This document shows positions 25,101-38,600 of a stretch of DNA of 64,000 nt, in pieces. The stretch's first letter is position 1. Every line of letters begins with the position of its first letter. The stretch comes from Trichinella spiralis. Taxonomy: Eukaryota. The position numbers and the translations under genes are program-made. The notes beneath the pieces were generated by a model. That model had not been told where the DNA came from. It saw only the letters and a list, made by a program, of their open reading frames with translations, and searched no databases. Location of the stretch: contig NW_003526944.1 of the NCBI RefSeq assembly GCF_000181795.1, positions 677,383-741,382 on the forward strand, written 5' to 3'.

Positions 25101-28100
25101 TCATTTTACCTATGATACGCATATATCATATATATATATTATACTAAATGAATTTCATTTTAAATTTCAAAGAATTTAAATCAAAATCACAATACATAAT
25201 TCAATTATAAATAATTCAAATTATAAATGTTGAATATCTTTTCAAAGATATAATTTGTTTCATTTAACTTTTCCAAAGGTGGTAAATACTTAAACATTTT
25301 TATTTGAAAGAGTTGATTTTCTGCTGACATTGGTTGCTTGATTTATATGTTAAAATTGAAATTTGATAAAATTCAAATTTAGGATTTTTCCGTGAATTGT
25401 TGTCGAAATCGCAGCGTGATCTGCACTCGATGTTTGTGAAAACGTACGGTGTGTTGTATGAGCAAAATTCAGATCTGTTCGTGTCGTTGTTTGAAAATTT
25501 GACTCAGTTTTACGAACAGCAGAGACGCGACGGTCCCGCGGCTCCGGCGGTGGGCGTCAATTTGGACCTGGTCTTGGACCGTTTCTACGAGAACTTGTAT
25601 CGTCGGATGTTTCACATTTTGAATCAGCCCTACCAATTGGACGATTCATACTGGCAATGCATGAGTCGACAAATGCAGCAATTGCAACCGTTTGGTCAAG
25701 TGCCCGACAAAATGAAAATGCAAGTCCATCGGGCATTTTCAGCTGCCAGGACTTTTATTCACGCATTGACCATCGGTAGTGAAGTCATTTCTGACATGTT
25801 AGAAGTAAGTATAGAACGTTTTTCTTTTATTGCACATAGGTTATAATTGTTGTTTCATCGTCGAGATTCTTTTTGCTATTCTTCTTCTCCACCCAACCAA
25901 CAAGTGGTTAATTATTCCAAAGCTTATAACGTTCGTTGACTATGGTTGCATTGTTTTCATCTGTGTTTTGATAGAGCTGCAGGTGTTCGTGTCATTCATA
26001 CTTTTGTCAATTGGCACAGTGTCATTGGCAAGCAGTTGTCATAAGAAGCTATAATTAGCATTATTCCTATATCCACTGGGCAAAGCCGGCCAAAGAAGCC
26101 GTCACACAGCCGGTGCTTTCTTTGGATCGATAAGATTTTATTCACCAACGAATTCGTGCTTGGTTTAGCGGTGATTATTTCTGCTCTTTTTTGCTCGACT
26201 TCAATCAGTCAATATTTCAATTTATACATAGAAAGCGCTAAACTGCGCGCACAGTTCAAATAATTTTTTCATCAGCGTCGAGCATGAAGATCATTATCGT
26301 CGAACTGTTTTTTCGTATTATTCACCCTGATCTTGATATGGCTTTATAATTGCTATTGCTTTTATCAACAATAATTATACCAGTCATTGATTTATTCTTA
26401 ACATAATTACCATTCTGTGTGCAAGTCATTAAGAAAACCACCAAATGAGCACAATTGTTCTATTCAAATTTATCAATTATTATCATTTTAATTTTTTTGT
26501 GTAATTTGACAAGTGTTAATTTTAATTTTTCGAAGGAAATATCAAATCTATAATACCATTGTTATACAATCTGTTTGGAGGGGGAGAGAGAGGTCATTTT
26601 TCAATGCATTCGATAATTGTGATCAATTGTGCAACAAAACGCTGGGAAAGTATTGGAAAAGCAGTTGTGTTGCTTTTCTCACGCCTGCAAAGATGAAAAT
26701 TATCGTGACAATAGTCAGTTTTTTTCTTAAATATTTTTCTTCTATTCTGTCGGAGAGATAGTTTTGAGAAAAAAAATTGAATTTGGCACGTTTTGTTCAT
26801 GGGAAAGCTATAAAACCTCAGGGTTTGTTGGTAATATTCTTTTAATGTTGTTGCATATCATATATAGGCAACAATTTTGCATATCTGCGTTATTTTCTGA
26901 GTGATCGTTCAGGTCGAGGTGATCTTCTTCTTCTTCTTTTTACTCTTCAACAGCAGGCAAATTGTACGGCTGCTGATGAATTTTGATTACCTGTTTTTTA
27001 TTCATGAAAAAATGCTTAATTTATTTCTATTGCATCTGGGCAACGTTTCCATTATGATGAGGTTATTAAATTTGAAATTCACTTTCAACAAAATACAATT
27101 TATTGATAAATTTTTTCCCTTATTATCAGTTATTTTATTTTGTACTTGTACTGCCTATAAATGAATGTTATTCATTTGAAGTGGAACTTCTTCTTCTTCT
27201 TCTTGTTCAGTGATTTCATTATGCATATTTTCTTAGATGCCAGTAAGCACGGCTTGCATATCTCAGCTTACTCAAATGCTCTATTGTCCGCACTGCCAAC
27301 GCGCTGCTGGTCCGAAACCTTGCGATGGCTTTTGTGTGAACATCGTCTCCGGTTGTCTAGCGTCGTATGTCACGTTCGATCGACTGTGGAATGAATATTT
27401 GGGTAATTATGCAAATTTTAAAATATTTCATCAATTATTATTTCAACGAGGAAAATTATTTCAGATCATTTGTTACAACTTCTCGAACGACTCGAAGGAC
27501 CGTACAACATTGAAACGGTCATCAATCCAATAGATATTCAAATATCGGAAGCGATCATGATTTTTCAAGATAAAGGAAAAGAAATATCAGATAAGGTAAT
27601 TAAAATTTTTTTTTTCTCAAATTCTCAATATGAACATTCTTTTTCGTATTAATATATTATTTCTAGGTTTTTGCCGGTTGTGGAAGACCGAAATTGTTGA
27701 GTCGTTTTAAACGTCAGCCAAAGATGAAATCAGTGGATTTGAAAGAGCTTCGCTTCGGACCAGTTGCTAGTCGACCAAATAAAGTTCTCGGAACAAGCAT
27801 GGATCGTCTGGCAAAAGAGATGAAAGAAAAAGTATGGAAATATTATATTTTTATTCAACAAGCAAATTTCATGCATTATTATTTTTTTATTAATAGGCTC
27901 TGCCTGCGAAAAATTTTTGGCGTTCTTTGCCGGACAAAGTTTGCGCCGCTTTTGAAAAATCGCTCAATTGGACTGACATTGATGACGATGGTGACGAATG
28001 TTGGAATGGAACTGGTTTGCAAGAGTAATTTCAATTTTAATTGAAATTTTTATTAATAAACGAATAATCAGTTGTTCCATCTTGTTGTAGAGGAGGCTCG

Positions 28101-28895
28101 GCGAGTCCGACTTTGTCTAGTCATGTAGAGGAGGAGGAGGAGGATGGAACAAAAACTATTGAACCGACGATACAGATGAATATTGAGAAGATGAAGCGAG
28201 CGATTGGTGAATTGAAGAAAGTGATTACATTCGAACCGACCAAAGAGCAGCCGAAGACGCCAACTTCTGTATGGTCATCGGGTTTGGCTGGCAACGCCGA
28301 CGCGGCCAGCCTGAGGCACGGCGGTTCCATAGACGATGCCGGTGCCGGATATGGAAATTTCTACGGAAGTGGCCAGTTTCCGGCCAACGTCCAAACCGAC
28401 GACGAAGATTTGGTGCAACAGCTTGCCGCCGGTGGACACCATCACCTGCTCGAAGGCAGCGGCACCAACGTCAACAGCGTGTTGGACTCGCTGGTCGCCG
28501 CGGGCATGGCCGGCAGTGGATTCGGTGAACTGTCGACCAGCCCGTCGGATCTGTTCAGCGTCGAGAACCCCTACTCGAGCATGGACTTCCACGACCGCAT
28601 GCGAATGACCGCGCCCACGCCCAGGCCCATGTGGATTCAGCACATTGCCACGCCGGTCGACGGTCACTGGCCGGACACGGTCACCGCCAGCTACAGCACC
28701 ACGCCTACATACTTATTCGGCCCGTTCACTCATCACCGAGATTACGACGACAGTATGCACGAACTGGCCACGCCCCCGCCGACCGTCGGCGCTGGATCGA
28801 CGACGGTTCCGGCACCGTCGAGCTTATTACTGCTGCTGCTGCTGCCGATTCTGATCGTCAATCCGGCAGCCAATTTTTTACTTTTCTTCAATTAG
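22196..28895 (+). CDS. gpn-1: Glypican (GPC4/6, Dally-like, GPN-1 class), 7 coding exons
   Basis: Exons 22196-22511, 25383-25804, 27237-27402, 27465-27595, 27667-27831, 27897-28024, 28091-28895 join in frame. Signal peptide; ISGQNLKVC..TCCTVEME; LQPFGQVP; YCPHC..KPCDGFCVNIVSGCLA; LEGPYNIETVINPIDIQISEAI; CWNGT; GSG GAG-attachment sites; hydrophobic GPI signal. Confidence 0.93.
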
Positions 28896-29656
28896 AAGAT
28901 AAATTTGGCGAACTGAATGTGAAAAAACGACAAATAATTGAACCTGCTTTTCTTTTCTTTTCTTTCTATCCATCTTTTGTTGTCGTCATTCAACATGCCA
29001 CCGACATTGTCTCTGAATGCTGCCTGCCGGTGATTGTTCTCATTGTTTTCTTCTTCTTCTTCTTCTTCTTCTACATCTTCTTCATTTTTCTTGTCTTTGT
29101 TGTCATGTCTGAGCTGCATAATCTGTCATTATTACTTTTTTTATTCTTTTAATCATCGTCAGTTTGTTTACATATAAAAACTTTATTATTTTTATTCTTA
29201 TTATTGTCATTTAATGCATAAAATGTTATTTATTTCATTTCATTTCATTTTTATTTATTGAAATGATAAATCACAAAGATAAACACGATCATAAAGAAAA
29301 TCAAATTGGAGAAAATTATACTTTTCTGCGCAATTTTTTATCCTCGATAAGCAATAGAAGAAGAATATATACAGTAGTAATTTTGTGATTTTGCTTACTA
29401 ATTCAAGAGCAAAATTGTTAAGAAAATTTAATTCAAAATGGAAAAAAAACAGTGAAATATGAGAAAAGTAATGCTTTTTGTTGAATGTTGAGCGTTGCGT
29501 TGTAGACGCGAAGAATAGTCAAAGTAAATTGAATTAAATTCAACGAACAAAAAAAACTACATACTGCAGGAAGAACAGAGTAATTGTAATAATACATTAG
29601 TTACTTGACAAAATGACCCGACAACCGAGCTGCAAAATTCAAATGCTATCCGTTCG

Positions 29657-32600
29657 TTATTCTGAAATTTCTTGCTGTATGTGCTGACTTTTCGGCGGTC
29701 GGCATCTGGGCACACTTGACGACCATCGTCCTGTACTGGTACATCGAAGTACCGGATGGCCATCGATTTTGTAACGATTCGATGTGCAGTAATAAACTAG
29801 TACATCACCGACAAGATAATAAGATTTCGGTTCTGATGTTGTATCGCCAAGAAGTGGCTTGCCCGGAAACCAACAATACCTTATACCTGAAAATTGTTTT
29901 CTACAGTATGAAATGAAGTTAATTATTATAAACGCGTCTTAAGAAGTTCATTTCATTTTCAATTTTCTTGGCCTCCATGCTCTTGTTTACAGTTTCAAGT
30001 GATTAATCAATCTACGCCTATATATATTCATGCGTTTAAACAATAAATTTATTTTTTGGAAAAGACTATTCCATATAATCCAAACTGAGCAAATGCAATG
30101 TTGCACTTTGCGATATCTTCTTGAAGAGACGACAGCAGCTTTTGATCTTCTTAAGGTAAGTAATTACAAATATTTATTGTCATTATTGTTGTTATTATTA
30201 GAAATATCTTCCAACATTTTGAATAGTTATCAGGAATGAAATTTGATGTGTAAAGTTCTGCATGAAATTAAAGCAACAGCATGATGCAAAGTTATTTTTC
30301 TTGAATGATCAAGAAATGCTTTGCAGGAATCATTCGCAAACAGTCACTGTTACGAGATAATTTTGACATTATTATTTTTTATCGTGGTTGGTAATGAATT
30401 TCGATCGTTTTTTCAAATGAGAAATTGAGAATGTCAGTGATTAAATTACTCGAAGAAACACTCATCAGATTATTCCGCTATTGTTATTTCACTTCAGCTT
30501 AGGCGAATTATATTTACATAAGAGTAAGAATTCAACAGAAGAGAATATTGATTACATTAGATTGGTGTAATGATAAATTCCAAACGACTATAATTGAAGA
30601 CGAGAAAATATAGAGCTCTGCAAATCAGTTTGAGTTTAATATTAGAAAAGTGTTTTCCTATTTATTGAGTGAATGTTTTTATTTTTAAATTGAAAGGGCA
30701 AAAACGAGTAAAACTTACATTCAGGGGGCTCGTTTGTCCAAAGACCATATTGATTGCAGACTGCGTAATTTTTGCCTGTTAGCAAATATCCTGATTGGCA
30801 GCTGAACAGAACAATATCTCTGTAATAGTAGTCGGGTTTTTTTGGAACGAGAACTGATCCAGTCGGCACGTCGGGATAAGGGCATTTAATCACTAAAAGA
30901 TTTTCCATCATTAGTTTTCCACTGTTTCATAGTTGATTTGCGCTCTACCTTGGCATGACGGTGGCTCTTCACTCCATTTCCCTTCTGCGGTGCACTGAAT
31001 AAAACGTGGGCCTTCTACGGAATATCCAGCTGCACAGTTGAAGACTGCTATGCCGTTGTAATTATAATTTGATACGTTGATCGATAAAGCTGGGTGAGAT
31101 TTTGTTATATTTTCGCACTGCACTGCTAAAGTTGAATAAACTGTCTACAGTATGCTTTTATTTTTAACATTTTTCGAACATTCATACCGAAACATTTTGG
31201 CAAAAATTTGGATGACCATTCACCAGTTTGCAGGCAGCGCAGTCTACTTGACCCTTGTAATTTATAACCCGGCTGACACTGAAAATCTGCAATACTTCCA
31301 AAATAGTTTCCTTTGGTAGTTTTCAGAATTGCCCCTTCACTTTCTTGAAGCTTTGGACACGCTATATCTGAAATTGTACAGAATTCATTTTCGGCATTGA
31401 ACAAAAGGACAGGATGAATAATAATAGATGATGGAAATTTGAAAAAATTACCTTTTATAATAAGGCGAACAGCATGACGTCGTCCTACTGGATCAACGCA
31501 GTAGAATGTACCCGAATCTTCTGGTCTGGCCATGTATATTGTCAAGCGATAGGCAGTGATTTTTCTTAAACTTGGTTGAATTTTATCATCGCTATCCAAA
31601 TACGGCTCTGTATCAACTGTAACATTAGTCCATTGTTGAGGATAGTTGCGGTATGAGCTTGTGAATTGCTGAATTAAATATGCACATTCAATTTTAGTAA
31701 TTTATTAATTTGTAGTTTTTTTCTATTATTGAATGAATAATTTAAAATACCCAAACTGGCTGACCGTCTTCTTTTGGAAAAATACAATTTAGCTGTACAC
31801 TAGATGATCTACGTACGATCAGTTCACCAGTCGGAGCTAGCGCCATTTCACCGTTAACAGTCCGATAAGTAATTGCCGGAGGATGACCTAAAAATAAGGT
31901 ATCAATTAATTAATCAATATTAGGAAAATGGAATTTTCAAACCTGGTGAAGCGATGAAACCTATTGGTCGACAATAAGGCTTAGGCTGACTTGGATTCCA
32001 AGTTCCATTGTTGCAAGCAACATACGCTGGTCCAACAAGCTGAAACATTCCCACATGCGTGCAACGCAGTATGAGAATCGTTTTTTCAGGCAAAATTTGC
32101 TTAAAAATAACATCTTCTCCGGTTAAATTGTTGAAAGCAATAATGTGACGAAATTCTGTTGGATAGAACCAGCAACTGTTTGTACCCGTTGTTTTCATTG
32201 GTTGGTCATTAGACACATCTGAAAACAAATTCAAAAAGATTTTTCTAAGCTCAACATTTTTCCAATTGAGAGAAAATGGTCAATATCCGGATATTTATTT
32301 ATTTAGTTGTTTTATAAGTTATCCTTTGTTACTTTTGCACAAAGAAGCATCTGGCGGAGTCCAGTGACCATTGGAGCATCGAATCAAACTTGTGACATTG
32401 TTCAATTTGCAACGAATCTGAAAGATTAAAAAATTTTTACAACATTTAATACTGCAGTGTGTTTTTTAATGAAACCTTTATAATACTGCCTTGTCGATGT
32501 GTCATCTTGAAAGGCAGCTTTTGAATGGCATTATCACTTTTGTCCTCTGAATCTGTGAATGATTCTGCTTTTCCACGGTCCTTCTGCATGGTCCAAGGGC

Positions 32601-35600
32601 TTTTAACAATAGGTTTACCACAGCGACGATTCTGTTTGGTCAAAGTTAAAGCTGCTAAATTTTGTGGATATCCGTTGCGTTGTAAATCTTGAATTGGTTG
32701 TTTTCTATTCAGCTTGGACGATTTGGGTCCACTGTCAACTGTGAATTTTAAGATGATGATAATCATGGTACATTTTATGTGAAAAAAACAAATTTTCATA
32801 AAAAAAATTACCACATTGCTTAAGCAAAGCAATCCAAGCTCCATTGACACATTGTACAGCCATGGCTTGCAACGATGATTGTTTTGAATATTGATCATTT
32901 TTTTCGACAGAACATCTATACTGTACCAAGGTTCCATTTGGATATGTTTGCGGGAATGTTGTATCGCCCATCAGTACGTGCGTGTAGAGGCCATGCTCGT
33001 AGAGAGGACCACCGGTTACAGGCGGAATGCGAAATACAGCCGCCCGATGAATATCCGTAGGAGGTGCGCAGGCGCTGACACTTTGCTCCACTGGATTCAT
33101 TGTATCTTCAACGGTAAAATATGATTCATTTAATTATGGGTGCTTTGTGAAATATTACTTGGTAAGCAATAACCAAAACTGGAACTCCAATCTCCTTTTA
33201 TACAACTGCTTGATTGGACTCCTTTTGCTTTGTATCCAGGAAAACAGTGCATGTTGACGGTTATGCCGTTGGTAATTCGTTCACCATATTTGATGAACTC
33301 GTTGATGTAAACAAAAAACGCACGATCACGTACAGGAACTATACAACCTAAAAATTGCATTTCTTTGCACATGTTTTTTTGCAAACTGCAAAATTTGAGC
33401 TGCAGATTCAAGATAGATTTTTAACTGGTGGTGCAACAGCAGATTTTGCTATTTCAATAAGCAGCCTGTGTGTGAACAACTAAAATTAAGAATTTGTTTT
33501 AACCATTTCTAATCTCGTGACTGTTATCCAACAGCACGCATGCATTTTTATCTGTTCACAACTTTGTAGAGAATGCTGCGGATTTCTAAATGAGATGAAG
33601 ACGTTCTGAAAATAGGATAATGAAATATTTATTATTTGCATTTCTTTTTTATATTAGGTGGAAGATTATTTCTTGCCGATTTCTATAAATTAAAATGGAG
33701 GAAAATTTGCAGACAGAAAAAAGTAAGGTTCTAAGATTTGCCAAAAATAATATTGAAGCTTTTAATACTTCTGAAATATTTTTTGCATTTCACACAGCAA
33801 CACATGCTGCAAATTTACTAATAATTTATACCTCTTGATGCAACTTGAAATTTCTCTTTTTGAAAGTTCAGTTTTCCACTACTAACATTGGAAGAAGCTT
33901 GATCGTGGGTTGTTTTGCCCCCTTTCCACTTTCTCTTTGATTCATCATCATTCACGTTAAATTTATCGTTCAGCAAACGCCCGTTAGTTCTCAAACGGTG
34001 CATCTTTTTCCTGGACTCTTCTTTAGCACGGTGTTTGAAAATCTTAGACTGCCCCATTGGATGCTTTGAACTGAAAGACGGATTTCTCCTTTCTCGAACA
34101 ATCACATCCCAGTTGACTCGATTAGCCACAACAGGGTGGGTCTGAAGCACGCAACGAGGTCGAACGTTCGGTTGCCAAGTTCCATTGACGCAAGTCGCTC
34201 TTGAAGGACCTGGAATTTTTATTTTCATACAAATTAACTGTACAGTTTCAATGTCAATTATTCATTTCACCTTGCAACAAGTAGCCACGGTGGCATTCGA
34301 AAATTATTGATCTGTATTCACCGACCGATTTTATGTACTCTTTGTATTCGTACGTGCCCATGGATCCTTCCAATTTGATTATTCCATTTTCTATATCTCC
34401 GATCACTGATTTCGGGTGTGGGCAATGCTCTGCAAGAGGTGTTGTTTTTTTTATAAGTTATTGGTTGTTTCAATTTAAATTTTTCATTTCGTTACTTTCA
34501 ACGCACACAGGTCTTGTTCCTTTCCATTCGCCAAACGAGCAACGAATAGTTGTCGGACCTTGCAAGTAAAATCCAGCATTGCAAACAAATCTTGCCTGAG
34601 CGCCGTGCTTTGTCTTTGTGAACAGAACGTAGCCATTTTTGATCGGTTCAGGCCAATTTAAGCAACGTACTAGTGTATAAATGAAGTAAATGTGACAAAA
34701 TTTGAATAATAATGGTTTATTCAAATCAACTTACTTGGGACACACCGAATCAAATGTGACCAAGAGCCGTTATTGCACACCGGTTGTTCATTGTATTCCA
34801 GTTCATGCAAATTTACACATTCGACAGTTATACGTTCTCCGTGTGGTACTAATTCGTCTGTTTTGTGATGCAATATTTCTCCGTTTGTAAGCAGAGGAAT
34901 GTGGCAAGGTGCTTCAATTGAAAAAAAAATAGACTTTTTGAATTTTATCAACTGATGGTTTTTTAATTTTATTTTCAGTGAAATCAATTTCAATCAAAAC
35001 AGAGAATTGGATCTTCAAATTCTGCTGCCACACTTGTTTCCTGCTGCTAACTTTGTTATAATGTTCTTTTTGGTTGAATTTTATATATTCTAATTAAGAA
35101 TTTCAAAATCTTCTTCAATTGCACTTTTCACTGGTTAATCGCTGACAAGTTGATGCTAGCTGGCCTGTCAATGTCAAGAGACATTTGAACGATCTTCTTT
35201 CTCCCAGTGGAAACTAACCCGAAGCGTTAAAGATGACGGTTGATAGAGCAATTTAAACAAACAAACATACTTATTTAAAAACCATATTTCAGTAGCTTCT
35301 TTTCAAAAATATATACACGTAATAATAAATAATTCAAGTGCAAACTCTGTAGACTAGAGAGACGAAATTCCTCACAACCTATCATTAATTGCCATCTATT
35401 TGTCAGATGTAAAATTAACGGCAATTATTGAACGTGAAGATTTCAATTTGTGACATAATGCCCATGTGCATGTCTGTATGGTAATGCAATGGTACTTTTT
35501 GATTCACTTTGAAATTTATTACTTGCTGTTTTGCTTTCTTGCATATACTTTTTTTTCACTTACCAAGACATTGTGGAAGGGGTTGTGACCAAGTGCCATC

Positions 35601-38600
35601 CTTTTCGCAACGACTGTACGGAGCACCTAAATGCGTCATACCTTCCAAACACCGAAAAATAACCATAGCCCCGTAAGATGTCTCTTCTCCGTCGATGAAT
35701 CCGTTCCACAGAACACCCAACGTTGGACAGTTGATTTCTAAAAATTTGAAACAGTTCTCAAATGACACAGTAAGATCAGTAAAATTTACAAAACACACCC
35801 TCACAGTATGGATCTGAACCACTCCACGTGCGATCACTTTGGCAGATGCGTTGTTTTTGTCCAACCAGTCTGTAACCTTCATCACAAAAGTACGCAATTT
35901 TCGATTGGAAATCCAACGATATTCCCTGAACATGACCATTGAAGGGTGCTTTCGGTTTTGGACATTGGACAGCTGTAATGATAAACAAAATAAAAGTGCA
36001 ATATAGTAACAATTTGAATATGGTTTTCATATCACGTTTGCAAGTTGGCTTGGCGTTGCTCCAAGTTCCGTCAATAAGACAATGCTGAACAGGTGAACCT
36101 TGCAGGCGAAAGCCGTCAATGCACCGGTAAGAAATTGAATGCGGATAGTCGAACTGATCGCCAAACCGCAGTGCGTTCATCACTTCACCGGGATCACCAC
36201 AACTCCGAGCTTCGACGGGCACCTGTTACAGTAAGATTCACGGGAACTTGGCGTTGAATTGCAAACCTTACCGGTGCATTGGACGTCAGGACCGAACCAT
36301 TCGGCTTTGCCATTGTACAGTAGGCATTTGGTTTTCGGAAAAGCAGTCTCGTGAGCGCTGTAACCGTTGAGACACGTGTAATACAGTTCAGTGTCCACAT
36401 CGAAATACTGTTGACTATCCGAGGCGTTGTGCTTGGCAAACGGCAGTTGCGGAGGTCTGGGACATTTCTCTGCAACGCATAAGACAATTTGAAAATATCG
36501 ATCTGCATTTTTATCGATTGTTTCAGTTTTGGAATTGGCCATTGATGATCATGTTGTACACTCAGCAAATCTGCATTATTAATTGGGCACAGATTGTTGT
36601 TACATTTGTCTGTTTGCATGCAAGAAAAGATCCTTTGAGCATGGTTAATCTTCGTTCAAATTTAATATTTATTCAGGAGTTGGGAGGGGGGATTTTTGTA
36701 ATATGTTTTTTTTTCAAATCGATCAACTAACTGAATCTTTTTAACAACCAATGCTGATTGCATGCAACTTCATCATGCAAATTGTTCAACTTTTGAAAAT
36801 CTGTTTTCTTGTCCATGTATCATCATCCATCACTCGTTGTGACTTGATTCATCACAGTACAAATGAAGTTCTTTCATATATCTAATGTATATACATTTGA
36901 TTCGTGGAGAAAAAAAGGACTTTTTATTTTTTCACTACTCGCTTTTGTATGAAAGTATGAAAAAGATTTCTGAATGTGAACGGATTGGGGAAAATTGGAC
37001 TAGGTTGTAAAAGAAATTCACCTCGATTGTCAGCAATTTTTATCTACTTATGTTTTTTTTTCCATCGTCAGCAGTACTGGCGATGCGTTATTATTGCATT
37101 ACTTTTCGCGAGTGCTTTTCCTTCCACTGGTGCAAATTGAACCTTTTCAAATTGTGTAAATTCAATTGAAATGTTGATGGTTTTATCAATGAAAATTTGA
37201 ATCTGATGAATGACAGCCGGAACAGCTAATGCTTAACTAAATTAAAGAGGAACTGATACAGGAAAAAACACTTTTCTGTTTTCCTCTTTTTGTTCAATTG
37301 TGAGACTGAATGTGCATTTTGGGTTTTCCTTTCTTATGCAAAATTATTGCTACTTGTAAAATGTAATGGGATCTTTCATGACAACAGTTATGCAAAATCG
37401 AAGTTTATTTTATTTTATTTTTGAAAAATTATCCCCTTAATGTGACACGGGCATGCCATTATCAAGCAGTGTTTCTTAAACTCTCAATAGATCATTCTAT
37501 AAAAGTGGACTTTTTCACTGCCATTTTAAAATAGGCAATTTTTGATTTGCATTTTTTTAAAGTGAACTTCAAGGAGGAAATGTTTTCTGTTGTTAATTTC
37601 TTCCATACAAGTGAGCTGTTATGTATGGAAATTTTGCAATTTTCAAAGTTAATAAACAAACATTCCATACCTGGTAATGAGATCGAGTGACAGTTGATCA
37701 AAAAGTAGCACAGCATATTGGTGTAAATTAATGCTTGAAAAGTTTTCATGAAATAAGAAAAGTTGAGTTGTTGTTCCATCGTACTGAAAGTCAGTATTGG
37801 TCTACTACCATGTGCAGCATAAGATGAAGAGCACTACTTTTAACTACTTGATTGGCAAAATGATTTTCGTTGGGTTGCAAAAGTCAGAACTGAAACGAGT
37901 GGAATTGAAGGCGTTGCTGTTTGCTAATAGATTTTTAAAGTGATTTGTGACAGCAGGCCAGAATGAATCAGTGTCACCGACTGGCCAACAGAAGTAGTCA
38001 TTGTTGGCGGCAGTCTGGGGTGAGCAAGCTCAGCTAGGGAGAGGAGGAGAGCTGACGACTGAATACGCTTGTGCTAGTAGCTTAATGACGAGCTGACTGC
38101 CCGTTAATTGATTCTAATGCAATACCAATTGGTTGTGCTGAAGCAGTGTCTCTATTTTTGGGTTCAACTTCTAGTGCATTTATTATTGGACTTTTTTTGC
38201 AAAGCGAAGAGAAGAGGAAGCCGGAAGTTCAATGCACAATGCCTTTTGAACGGATATTGCACCCAGCAGAGTTGCTTACTGCATATTGGCGAAATTTGGA
38301 AAGCTTTTCCCCTAATGTCGCGAACCGTAATTTTTCGTGCAACTTGGAATCAAAAGGCGAAAGAAGAATGGAAATGTGAAAAAACTTCTCTCTACCTGAA
38401 GCAAGGCAGAATGGCTCTTCACCTGACCACTGCTTGTTTCCTTGACACACACGACTAGCAGAACCGATCAGTCGATAATTTCCGATGCAGCTGTACCGTG
38501 TCACCGAGCCAACTTTGCTTTCTTTTGGTAATTGTACAATACCATTTGTCAAAGTGTTATTTAGTGAAGGACATCTTGCAGCTTTAAAAAGCAAAAAGCC

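Noticed and set aside
28121..29152. Multiple alternative-frame ORFs over the glypican last exon
   Set aside because: High GC reduces stop frequency; the poly-F/poly-E ends come from a TTC repeat in the 3' UTR.
30030..30239. Plus-strand ORF with an AAG|GTAAGT donor inside the last LEV-9/Hig intron (nested gene?)
   Set aside because: The nearest acceptor gives a stop within a few codons and no motif is recognisable.
33337..33350. Minus-strand TAGGTTGTATAGTT matches let-7 nucleotides 9-22
   Set aside because: The seed region is absent, no precursor hairpin is visible, and the sequence is explained by a splice acceptor plus Gly-Cys-Ile-Val codons.
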